The notes under the pieces are model-generated. The model was not told the origin of the DNA. It was given only the letters and a program-made list of their open reading frames with translations, and did not search any database. Shown here piece by piece: positions 50,993-62,609 of a DNA stretch of 64,000 nucleotides. Position numbers and translations under genes: made by a program. Location: assembly GCF_009834535.1 (NCBI RefSeq), contig NC_045697.1, forward strand, positions 5,086,001 to 5,150,000, given 5' to 3'. Positions within the stretch are counted from its first letter, which is position 1, and each line of letters begins with the position of its first letter. Origin of the DNA: Camelus ferus. Lineage: Eukaryota.

Positions 50993-52585
50993 AGACTAGG
51001 GGGAGAAAAATCACTTTACAAAATAAATACCTACTGGCTAAGATCCATCAATCAATCAAATGGATCAATCAATCAGTGCTGAATCAATGAACGCATGAAC
51101 CCAAAGGCAGGGGGTGCTGGTGCAGACCACTGGCCTGATGTGCGGTCCACTCGTTTATAAGCCACGAACCCCCCTCGGCCTCAGTTGTCCCTCTGCCAAA
51201 TGGAAAGGCACAGGGCCACTGGACAGGACACTGTGGGCAATAACTAAGATGACCCATGTGAAGCTCCCAGAAGGTACGCAGCCAGCGCTTAATAAGGGTT
51301 TGCTATGAGAACCGCCACCACCATCACCCATCAGAATCTAAAAGGTCACTTTCCTTCCTTAGCTTTACAAACTGACGCGGGATCAGAGGTTTGGGGTGGA
51401 AACACCATTTGTTCAGATTAGCAAAATACCTTCTGTTGGGCTGGGAAGACTAGAGGGCTCACTTTTGCTTTTAGTTCTGACCGCCACATCAGTGTGGGTC
51501 AGCGCAAGCTGGCCGGTTACAGCCTCTGCATATCCTCTGCGGGGCAGAGGACATGGAGTCGGTCAATCATTCATTCAGCAAGCACTTACTGAGCCTCCAC
51601 CCCACGTCAAGACAGGTTTCCGAGTGCTGAGGAAAGCGGTGAAAATGTAGATGAGTATGCCCTCTGGAGCCCTTCCCTCCTTCACGCATGTGTGTGTGAA
51701 GGAGGCATAGAAAATAAACAGGATAAATAAGTGAAATGTATTGCATCTAAAGCGGGGAGGAGGGTTAGTGGGTTGAGACTGCCAGGATGGGGAGGAACTG
51801 ACCACTTACAATCGGGTAGCCAAGAAAAGACCTCAAACAGCAGGTAACGTCCCCTGCAGGTGCCTAGGGGAAGTTATCCCAGGCAGAGGAAACTCCAGTG
51901 CGATGACCAGGGTGGGTGCGTGCCCAACTGTCATAAGGACACCGGGAGCTGCCGTGCGACTTTCAAAAACCCGAGGAACAAGGGAGCTACAGTCTCCAAT
52001 TTAATTAAGCTCACCACAGTGGGTATATACTTCCCATTAAAAGGTATGACACTCTATGGCAATTTTTGATTCTCTTTGGGACACAAGCTTAACAGAGAAC
52101 TGCTCATCACTTAGCATCCATCGGCTTTACCTGCTGTTCGCACAGTTACAACCACATTCACTGCCTCCCCCCGGAGATTTCAGGCCCATAAACCATTCAT
52201 GGGGTTTACAGGCTACTACCCGTGCTTCAGTTCTCCTCAGAAGGAAGTGCAATAAAGTACATCTCACTAACAAATTATCATTTTCACAGAAACTTCATCC
52301 ACTGGATCCCATTTGATTTGGACTTTCACAAAGCCTGGAAAAGAGGGGGGTATTATCCCTGTTGTATAGACGAGGAAACTGAGGCTTTCCAAGAGCACAG
52401 TCCTAGGAAAGGGAAGGAACACTTTTTGCCTGGTATCCAACCACCATATTTCCTCTTTTTAACTGATCTCAAAGCATCACTCTCATTGCTTATCCACCTT
52501 CAGGTCTGTGAGGTGTATCCTGGCCCTGGCTCACTGAAGATGGGTTTAGGAAGAATCAAAGCTTCGGCGTTAGATCTGAGTCTAT

Positions 52586-53164
52586 CAGGGTTGTGCTGGA
52601 GCTGGCTCCTGTTGCCTCATGAGAATGTCTCAGTTTTCAGAAATTTTGCAAGCAGGCTGACATGCTGTTAGTTTGAAATCAACCATGTCTTCGTCCGCTT
52701 ATGCTGCTATCATAGAATGCGATGGACTGGGTGGCTTAGAAGCAACAGAAATTTCTTTCTCACGGTCTGGAGGCTAGAAGTCCAAGATTAAGGTGCAAGT
52801 GGATTTGGTGTCTGGTGAGCGTCAGCTTTCTGGCTCATAGACAGTTGTCTTCTGGCTGTGTCTTCACGTGCAGAAGGGGAAGGAGTGAGGGAGCTCAGTG
52901 GGACCTCTTGTCAGGACACTAATCCTGTTCATGGGGGCCCTACCCTCGTGACTCGATCCCCTCCCAAGGGCCCACCTCCTGCTACCATCCATCACCCTGG
53001 AGGTTAAGGCTTCAACATATGAATCTGGGGAAGATTCATACCTTCAGCCTGTAGCAGGCCATGATGGGAGAGCTGACACCACGGAAATCGGCCGACTCTA
53101 CCGGCCAGGGCTTGCTTTCTGTCCCTTGGACAGCTTGTTGTGAAGCATTACTGGCACGTTGTTG
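52586..53164 (+). mobile_element. hAT MITE (MER63-like) split by an MLT1A LTR
   Basis: Left part tgtgctggagctggctc...tttcagaaattttgcaagc...tttgaaatc; right part ggccatgatgggag...acaccacggaaatcggc...cagggctt...ttactggcac. Confidence 0.7.
52686..53056 (-). mobile_element. MaLR solo LTR (MLT1A0-like)
   Basis: tgtcttcgtccgcttatgctgctat...ggaggctagaagtccaagattaaggtgc...ccttcagcctgtagca; 5-bp TSD aacca / ggcca. Confidence 0.88.
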
Positions 53165-53822
53165 CCTCTAGTCCCGATGCTGCCTCTTGTCAGCTACATA
53201 ATCCCCCACAAGTTACTTAACCCACCAGTCCTCAGCTTCTCCAGCTGTAAGCTGGGGGTGGTAACATCCACCATGGAAGATGGCTCGGAAGACCAATCAG
53301 GGTAAAATAGGAAAAGAGCCGTGCACCGTAGGAGATCAGTCAAAGGGGAGTGCTACCAGTACTTTAGGCACTGATGAAGTGTAGGAAGACTTTAATGATT
53401 CCCCAAGGACCCAGGAGAGTCCTAATTACAGAAAAAGCATGAGAAGTCAGAGAAATGGGCATAAGAAGGCACTGTGTGGGTGGAAGATGGGGAGGCAGAG
53501 CGCTCCAAAGACTGCAGGCGGGTCCAAGGGGGTCCTGGCTTTCCCATGGACGTTGGGCAAACTCCATGCCCTTCCATGGATTTCTGGATTCCCACCCCCA
53601 TTCACCCGCAGGAATTATCTGATACATGAGGGCCACTGCCGGGCCCAGTTCCACCCTCCCCAAGCCCTGGTTTTTGCACAGCACATTCTCTGGGTCCTCA
53701 CCCATCCCTTTCCACAGTTCAGGGTTGACCCTCTGGATGTCAGAACGCAGCTGGTACATCTTGTAATCCACACTCACCCGCTTAAGTATAACAAACCTAT
53801 ACCACTTAAAAATAAAATTTGG

Positions 53823-53968
53823 TGGAGGGAGGTACAGCTCAGTCGTATAGTGCATGTTTAGCATGCACGAGGGCCTGGGTTCAATCCCCAGTACCTCCAG
53901 TAAAAATTTAAAAAAAATTAAAATTAAAATTAAAAAATAAAAATAAAAATAAATTAATAATAATAAAT
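53823..53968 (+). mobile_element. tRNA-derived camelid-type SINE (Vic-1-like) with long A-rich tail
   Basis: ggtacagctcagtcgtatagtgcatgtttagcatgcacgagggcctgggttcaatccccagtacctcc; perfect TSD aaaaataaaatttgg (53808-53822 / 53969-53983) at a TT|AAAA site. Confidence 0.93.
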
Positions 53969-55052
53969 AAAAATAAAATTTGGGAAACCTGGGATCTTGA
54001 AAGCACAAACCTGACAAATCCTGGAATAGTAAGGGATGAGAAAAGGACCCTGGACGAGACAGCATCACCTCCTGCTCCCTTTTATTAAGGGAGTTACCAT
54101 GATGATGGAAACATAAGATGATACTAATTGGAATTTGGAAGAACCTCACAAGCATTTCCCATCTCTGAGCCCCACGACATGGTGGATGTTTGGAATCTCT
54201 ATGTTTTTTAACTTACCCAGGACCCCAAAGGACCGTCACTACTCAAGATGTAAGAAGAGAGCAGGGGTGCAGAATCAACCGCTGGCTGAGGCTGAGGGTC
54301 TGTCCTCTCTCATCTGTAAGCTCAGTAGAGATGGCGAGCGACCATCTTGCTCACTGTTCTATCACCAGGGCCAGCACGGTGTTTGGCATGTTCTAGGACC
54401 TTAACAAACACCGAATGAATTATGTTCTGAACAGCAGGTGCTGGGAATACGGAGGTGAGTAGGGCGTGGTCCCATTCCCCAAGCGGTTCCCTGCTAACAG
54501 AGGAAACAGACATACAAACAGATAAAAGTGGCCGAGCTGCCTTGTGCTGCGACAGAGTCCAGAAGCAAGCACGGCCAGTGGGGGCCTGGGCAGCCGTCCT
54601 GAGGAAGCTTGATGGAGGGGGTGGTGCCTGGTCTGTAAACTCCAAGAGGGCAGGAGCCATACTGATTCTCTTCTTCTCTGTGCCCTTAGAAATTAAGACA
54701 GCACCTGGTACCCAGGAAGGCTCCAATCAGTACCTATTAAATGAATGAATACTTGTGGGAGGATGAGTGGAAGTTCTCACCGAAAACCAAGGGGAGTCAG
54801 CGTTCCAGGCAGAAGGAACAGCATGTGCCAGGCCTGGCGGGATGAAAACAGCAAGATGAAGTACAGGGGGCACTCATGAGTCAGAACGGCTGGACAAAAA
54901 TGCAGCAAGATGGTGGCAAGGGTGGGTGTCAGGAGGAGAGACTGACATAATGTCAGGGGTCAGCTCACGGAGAGACATATATTCCCTGGGCCTTGTGGTA
55001 TTCTACTCAGAGGAGGGGTGGGCTTGGATATGCACTTTGATAAAGTTTGCCC

Positions 55053-55397
55053 TCCTGTGGACTAAATGTCTGTGTCCCTCCAAAAATTCCTAAAGTGAAA
55101 CCCTAGTCCCCAGTGTGACAGAGGCAGAGCCTCCAGGGGGTGATTAGGTCATGAGGGTGGGGCCCTCATGATGGAACAAGAGAGAGCTCACTCTCTCTCT
55201 CTCCCACGTGAGGGCCCAGCAGGAAGACAGCATCTCTAGCATCTCTACCCCAGGAGAAAGGTCTTCATCAGAACTTGACCAGGCCAGCACCCTGATCTCA
55301 GACTTGCCAGCCTGCGGAACTGTGAGAAATACATGTCTGCTGTTAAGCCGCCCGGTCTACAGCAATCTATTACAGCAGCCTGACCTGACCTAAGGCA
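55053..55397 (+). mobile_element. MaLR solo LTR (MLT1A-like)
   Basis: ggactaaatgtctgtgtccctccaaaaattc...ttaggtcatgagggtggggccctcatgatgg...gcaccctgatctcagacttgccagcc...gacctaaggca. Confidence 0.88.
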
Positions 55398-56334
55398 CCC
55401 CGTGTGGGGCAAACTGGTGTGGCTGAGTGCTGAAAGGTGAGCTGGGATGCTGCAGCAATATTCAAGACCAAAGATGATTATTTTTATGGAAATGAGGCTA
55501 CTCAGTAACTGGTGATTCTTTGCAAAGGGTTTCTATCCTTCATCAAAGGTTCCCCGAGGGCCTTCCTGTCTCTGTTGTCCCTCAGCTTCCTTTCCTGTCC
55601 CCTTACTTCAGACAGAGCAGCTCCACCTTTCAACACCTTAAATAGTTTTACGTAGTCGAAGTACTCAATGCTTAAGAAAAATCAGCCACTGGTTTAAGTG
55701 GTTCTTTCTTGGCTTAGAGTGTTTCGTAAAGACTTGTGTCTTGAACCAGCCCTTTGCTACTCAGGGAAGGTTCTAGAAACAACACAACACTTGCTATGAG
55801 AACTGTTTAAACTGACTGCAGGTATCTGTTCTCATCCCATCCTACCCGATCTCCATTCCCACAGTTACTTCAATGGCAAACTGGGCAGGGGAGGCAATGG
55901 ACCAATTATAAACAGATCATTTTAACAGCTAGTCTAGCACAGTCAATCTGGTACATGGAATTGGATTTTGAAAGTACAGTCTGAAAACACAAGTGACCTA
56001 CCTACCCATTACCACGTAATCAGGATGAAAATCTAGTACTGAAAACTCAAGACATATCTTCCAACAGTCAGCATGTCCTCATGTACACTGCTGGAAGAGG
56101 AGAAAACTGGTCCAGCCAGCCCAAGGGGAACCTGAAAGACGAGTGTTACCATGACAACAGCATCAGAGGTGCCGGATCCAGCTGGCGCCCTGCCCGGGAC
56201 CCTGTGGATACTTGTTATATATGACCCTACTTGGTCCTTAGAGCAACCCTATGATGTGGTCATCTTTTCATCTGCATCTTACACATAAGGCAACTGAGAC
56301 ACAGCACGGAAAATCAAATGACTCTCAAGGCCTC

Positions 56335-56723
56335 TGTATTAGTCCACCTGGGCTGCCATAACACAAACCACAGCCTGGGGGGCATTAGCAGCAGACGCGT
56401 ACTTCCGCAACGTTTCCGAGACGGCAAGTCGGAGATCACGTCCAGGCGTGGACATGATCTGGTGAGGACTCTCCTTCTGGTTTGCAGATGGCCACCTTCT
56501 TGCTGTGTCCTCACGTGGCAGAGAGACTCGCCCTCTCTCCATCTTCTTAGGAGGCCACCATCCTTTGGGATTAGGGCTCCACCCCAACGACTTCACTTTA
56601 CCTTATTGGCCACTTAAAAGACCCTGTCCACAGACAGAGTCACACTGGGGGTTAGGGCATCCACATGTGAGTCTGCATGGGGTAGGGCTGGGGGATGGAG
56701 GAAGCACAATTAAGTCCAGAGCA
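56335..56723 (-). mobile_element. MaLR solo LTR (MLT1A/B-like)
   Basis: tgtattagtcc...gggctgccataacacaaaccaca...tgctgtgtcctcacgtggcagag...aattaagtccagagca; perfect 5-bp TSD gcctc (56330-56334 / 56724-56728). Confidence 0.9.
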
Positions 56724-57339
56724 GCCTCACAGCCGGGGACATCAGACCTCAGAGCTGAGTGTTGAAACTCTCCCCTCCCCATCTCTCCCCTCCTCTCCTC
56801 CCCCACTCCCCACCTCTCCAGGGCTCCTGCTAATGTACCAGCCCCTGTCCCTGGGGTGATTTTTCACTCCCTTCTTCCTTTGCCCTGGTATCCTGAAGCC
56901 CAAGAGAGCCAAACAATTTCGCTTCAGAACACGTGAAAATATTGCACTTGACAACTCAACCTGGATGGTCACAGGCCTGGGACCACCCATCATTTATTCC
57001 TTAGAGGCCAAACTGTCGTGAAAACTAATCAGTGCCTGGTCTTTGCCTCTGCCGGTTATAGAGCATGTCAGCAAAAAAGAAGAATGAGGAGGGGCACAGG
57101 CAGGCTTTCCAAGGCTGTGATAATTCACCCTCCGTGTAATGAGATGAAAAGCTGACGTATCATTAATTTAAAGCAGTGGTGTCCTTATGAATCCAACAAG
57201 CAATTTCACCCTGTGCTCCCTGCCAGCGGGGTGAGAGGCAGCCAAACAGAAGCCCAGCAGGAGGGGCTCCAGGCAGGGAGCAGGGGGTGCAGCTGGCTAA
57301 GCAGGGAAGGGCCAGGGCCTTCTCACACAGCTGTGGGAG

Positions 57340-57540
57340 AGGTGCTGTGAGCGTGGCCCTTGAAGCCAGACAACCTGGGTTCGAGTCCATCTCCACCACC
57401 TACTAGTGATGTGACTCAGTTTCCCCATCTGTAAACAGGCATAATGATATTAGGACGATAGTAGGAAACTAGAGAGGCCATTAGGAAGATTAATAGGAGT
57501 TAAAGGAGACACTTACCAAATACCCAATACACGCTGGTGG
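57340..57540 (+). mobile_element. MIR
   Basis: gaagccagacaacctgggttcgagtccatctccaccacctactag...ctcagtttccccatctgtaaacaggcataat. Confidence 0.7.
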
Positions 57541-58171
57541 TCATTTCCCTACAAGAACTGGAAACCTTAGGGCACAGTGGATGGTCTTGAGTTGGAATTG
57601 CAATCTCATTGGTTCAGGTACGGTCATGAACTGCTCTGAGCCTCCCTTTCCTCTCGGAGAAAGGGGGCCCAAACCCCTCCTTCTGCAGGCCTGTTATGAA
57701 GACTGCAGCATGAGGATATAATGTGCCAATCACGTGGCAGGCACGGTCACTACGGTGCTCTGAAAACAGCTCCCAGTCTCCCTCTGCAGATTCCTGAGAT
57801 TCAGGTGGGGCCAACCTCCTAGCCCCTCCCCCACTGCTTTAGGAATGGGCACATGACCAGGTCAATCACACCAGTGAACTTCAGCCTCTGCTGGTGCTGT
57901 TCAGCTTGTAGGAGGAACAGGAGCAACCAGTGACCAGCATGAGTGACGGCTCTGAAAATAAAGTGAGCACACAGGAGAGCAGGAGATCGAGAGGGAGAGC
58001 GAAGTCAGCTGGAGTGCTAGGCTTTTTAGTTACAAGCCCCGAGGAACCCCCTGAGGCAAAGTTTAAGTCCCCATAATAAAAAAAATCGTGAGCCATGCAG
58101 TATGTAAGGTACTCAGTACCGGCCAACGGATTAAGGACCCTCTCCTTTCCACTTAAAGCTGGAAGGGGCAT

Positions 58172-58217
58172 TATCTATCTATCTATTTATCTATCATCCA
58201 TCTATTGTCATACGTAG

Positions 58218-58258
<41 letters not shown>
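58172..58258. repeat. Degenerate (ATCT)n followed by (CA)20 microsatellite at 58219-58258
   Basis: Read directly. Confidence 0.95.
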
Positions 58259-58262
<4 letters not shown>

Positions 58263-59014
58263 AAACCTCTTAGAGTGAATAATATTTTCATTTACGGAAA
58301 ATACACTTTCATATCTTTTGTTCTCAGTAATTCTCAAAATAGTCCTAGCAGTAAACAAGGTAGTACTATCACCATTAACATGTAAAACACTGAGGCCAGA
58401 GTTTGAGAGGTTCTCTCCTTTCCTGCTTATGACGAGAAGGCAATGCCTTCGGAGGCCAGTGTGTGGAGGGAGTTTTGCTACTGACCCAGCATTTACATGG
58501 AATTAAAGGTGGTCTGTCTTTAATCTGTTGGCATCTTAGAGACCGTAAACAGCGTCAAAAAGTGGTACCCAAAAAGGGAGGATGCCGACACAGCCTCCCT
58601 CCTTCAACACCCATCACAGCCCACATGTCCATCCCATCCCCTTGACCCAATCCAAGCAGTCTCCCCTGAAAGAGCTGAGGCTCGGAGATCTTCATCTCAG
58701 CATTATTTACATTGGCAAGATAATCAGAAGCAGCCTGAAATAACCTATGTGAGAGGTTCAAGGTTAGATGTCTTATTACCCTTCTCCAGAGTGGAAGGTT
58801 ATGTAGCCACTAAAAATGATTCATAAGAAGTTTGTCATAAGGAAATTATGCTCCTGCCAGACAATTAGTTTGAAAAAGCAGAATCCAACACTGTTATATA
58901 TGCTGTTTATATCGATTAAATTTACAGTCCTATTGACATAAGAAAAGAAGTACAACAAGAATTACACACCAAAATGTAATCTGGTGCAATGAACATAGGT
59001 TGCTTTTCTGATTA

Positions 59015-61772
59015 GAAATGGTGCAGCCACAGTGGAGAACGGTATGGAGATTCCTCAAAAAGTTAAGGTTATAACTACCATTAGATCCAGCTATCTCATT
59101 TCTGAGTATGTATCCAAAGAACATGAAGACACTAATTCAAAAAGATATTTGCAATAGAGGGCCCAGAAATGAACCCACAAACTTTTGGTCAACTAATCTT
59201 CGACAAAGGAGGCAAGAACATACAATGGAATAAAGACAGTCTCTTCAGCAAATGGTGTTGGGAGAACTGGACAGCAGCATGCAAATCAGTGAAGCTAGAA
59301 CACTCCCTTACACCATACACAAAAATCAACTCAAAATGGATCAAAGACTTAAACATAAGACAAGATACAATAAACCTCCTAGAGGAAAATATAGGCAAAA
59401 CATTATCTGACATACATCTCAAAAATTTTCTCCTAGAAGAAATAAAAGCAAGAATAAATCAATGGGGACCTAATGAAACTTACAAGCTTCTGCACAGCAA
59501 AGGAAACCAGAAGTAAAACAAGAAGAAAACCTACGGAATGGGAGAAAATTTTTGCAAGTGAAACCGACAAAGGCTTGATCTCCAGAATATATAAGCAGCT
59601 CATGCGACTTAATAAGAAGAAAATAAACACCCCAATCCAAAAATGGGCAAAAGACCTAAACAAGCAATTCTCCAAGGAAGACATATAAATGATCAATAAG
59701 CACATAAAAAATGCTGAATATCACTAAATATCACAGAAATGCAAATCAAAACTACAATGAGGTATCACCTCACACCAGTCAGACTGGCCATCATTCAAAA
59801 ATCCACAAATGACAAATGCTGGAGAGGCTGTGGAGAAAGGGGAACCCTCCTACACTGCTGGTGGGAATGCAGTTTGGTGCAGCAACTATAGAAAACAGTA
59901 TGGAAATTCCTCAAAAGACTAGGAATAGACTTACCGTATGACCCAGGAATCCTGCTCCTGGGCTTATATCCAGAAGGAACCCTACTTCAGGATGACACCT
60001 GCACTCTAATGTTCATAGCAGCACTATTTACAATAGCCAAGACATGGAGACAGCCTAAATGTCCATCAATGGATGACTGGATAAAGAAGATGTGGTACAT
60101 TTATACAATGGAATACTATTCAGCCATAAAAACCGACAACATAATGCCATTTGCAGAAACATGGATGCTCCTGGAGAATGTCATTCTAAGTGAAGTAAGC
60201 CAGAAAGAGAAAGAAAAATACCATATGAGATCACTCATATGTGGAATCTAAAAAACAAAAGCAAAAACAAAAATAAAAACAAAAGAACAAAGCATAAAAA
60301 CGAAACAGAAATAGACTCATAGACATAGAATACAAACTTGTGGTTGCCGAGGGGGTGGAGGATGGGAAGGGATAGACAGGATTTCAAAATTGTAGAATAG
60401 ATAAACAAGATTATACTGTATAGCACAGGGAAATATACACAAGATCTTATGTTAGCTCACAGAGAAAAAAATGTGACAATGAATATATATATGTTCATGT
60501 ATAACTGAAAAATTGTGCTCTACACTGGAATTTGACACAACATTGTGAAATGATTATAAATCAATAAAAATGTTTAAAAAAGATAAGAGAAAAAAAAGAT
60601 ATTTGCACCCATGCTCACTGCAGCACTGTTTATAACAGCCAAGGTACGGTAATAACCTAAGCACCCATCAGTGGATGAATGGATAAAGAAGATGCGGTAC
60701 ATACATACAACTACTCTGTCATTAAAAAAAAAAAACATGAAATGTTAGGTATTTTGATTGTGGTGGTAGTTTTCATAGGTGTATACGTGTATCAAAAATC
60801 ACCTAATTATAATCTGAAATATATGTAATTTACTGTACAGAAATTATACCACAATAAAGTTGTTTTTAAAAAAAGAAGTTGTGGTATACACACACACACA
60901 CACACAAATACAATGGACTATTATTCAGCCATAAAAAGAATGAAGTATTGTCATTTGCAGCAACATGGATGGACCCAGAGATTAATACTAAGTGAAGCAA
61001 GTCAGATAAAGACAAATATCACATGATATCATTTATATGTGGCATCTAAAAAAAAATGATACAAATGAACTCATTTACAAAACAGAAACAGACTCACAGA
61101 CACACAAAACAAATTTATGGTTACCAAAAGGGGGAGGGGGAGAGGGATAAATTAGGAGCATGGGATTCACAAATACACACCTAACTATATACAAAAAGGA
61201 TAAACAGCAAGGATTTACTGTATAGCACAGGGAACTATATTTAATAGCTTATAATAATCTACAATGAAAAAAGAATACAAAAAAGAATATGTATATGACT
61301 TGATCACTATGCTGTACACCTGAAACTAACACAATATTGTAAATCAACTATAGTTCAATAAAAAAAGAAGATGCAAAAAAAGCTAGATGAAATCCTGCCA
61401 CTTGCAACAACACAGACAGACCTTGAGGGTATTACGCTAAGTGAAGTAAGTGAGAGGGAGAGAGACAAATCCTGTGTGATTTTACTCATATGTAGGGTAT
61501 AAAGAACAAACAAAAAGTAAATGAGCAAACCAAACCAATCAAAAACAAACACGACCATACCGAGACTAGAGCAGTGGCTACCAGAGGGGAAGGGCGGGTG
61601 GGGGGAGTGGCAAATGGGTGAAGGGTTGACATCGGCTGTCTGGTGAAGGACGGAGGGTTAATTTTTGGTGGTGAGCACAATGTGAGGGCTACCGGGGTAG
61701 AAACATACTGTGAACATGAAACTTATATAATGTTATAAACCGAATGTTCCCTCGATCAAATATAAATTTAAA
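59015..61772 (+). mobile_element. Stack of nested L1 3' ends (older host plus further L1 pieces at ~60745-60870 and ~60872-61380)
   Basis: Host sequence reads through ...caaaaagatatttgca|cccatgctcactgcagcactg... and resumes gatgaaatcctgccacttgcaacaac at ~61387; several separate 3' ends and tails. Confidence 0.8.
59154..60592 (+). mobile_element. Young 5'-truncated LINE-1 (ORF2 C-terminal ~1.1 kb plus 3'UTR), inactive
   Basis: ORFs 59169..59516 ([27 protein letters not shown]), 59473..59688 and 60009..60251; frameshifted. Perfect TSD aaaaagatatttgca at 59139-59153 and 60593-60607. Confidence 0.96.
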
Positions 61773-61829
61773 AGATTCCCTTGCACAGCAATCAAAACAT
61801 GAAGGGGCTGAATTCCCCCCAGGGGTTTG

Positions 61830-62300
61830 GACGGTTGCCTGGAGACACGACGCATGCGCACCTGTTACTCAGACGCCTGTGTACGACGTGCAGTGTGGCT
61901 TTTCCCCGTAGAAACACCCCAGTCTGGGGCACCTGTCAGGCGCACCTGGACACCCTCTCCTTGCTCTGTCACCCCCCTGTTCACAGAGCGCTTCTGAGTA
62001 TAAAGGGTCGTCGAAGCCATTGGTGACAGTAGGAACGTGGGCTTGGCTAGACATTCCCATAGCAAAAGATGCGCTTAAATCACAGATCCGGCCGGGTGGA
62101 AGGGGCTTTCCCTCCCGGAACCACGGCCCAGTTTGCCCGTAACCTCGCGGAGAAAGCCCAGGCGCTGCTCAGCGCCGCTGACTTCCTCGAAGCCGCGACT
62201 GGCCACATTTGGGCACTATGCCAAAGTAGGGCTGCCCCCCCCCCCCCCCCCGCTGAGATCCCGGCAGCTACCCAGAGCTTGGAAAAATAGTCCACGGTGC
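61830..62300. promoter_or_regulatory. Intronic CpG-rich patch ~1.2 kb downstream of the STK32B exon
   Basis: About 30 CpG in ~470 bp by hand count; NRF1-like acgcatgcgca (61850-61860), tataaa (61999-62004), ccggaa (62115-62120), C17 run. Confidence 0.4.
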
Positions 62301-62609
62301 CCAGACTGGTAGCATCAAACAGCTCCCAGTTACAGAAGCTCTGCTGAATGGTTTGGTGGCCACTGAGGTGTGGATGTAGTTCTGTGTTGGTGAGGTTATA
62401 GGCAAGCGTGGCGTCGCTGGCTATAATGTCTGAAGACCAATCTCTAACGTGATTATATTCAGTTTATTATTTGAGTGCGATCAGACTGCAGTTTGGATAA
62501 AATGTTGTGTCAAAACAAAGATAAAAAATCTGTCAACTGAGATGCAGAATGAGACAGTCAGAATTCATTTCCTAGAACAGCCTGTCCCCTCCCCTTCCAC
62601 AAAATCCAG

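Noticed and set aside
53364..54155. Longest ORF in the track (263 aa, minus strand)
   Set aside because: It runs through the antisense SINE and its poly-T tail, which produces the F/Y/L/I-rich stretch and LEVLGIEPR. It resembles no protein I know and is best explained as a chance ORF.
59169..60251. L1 ORF2 ORFs as an active element
   Set aside because: 5'-truncated to ~1.4 kb, with frameshifts and stops.
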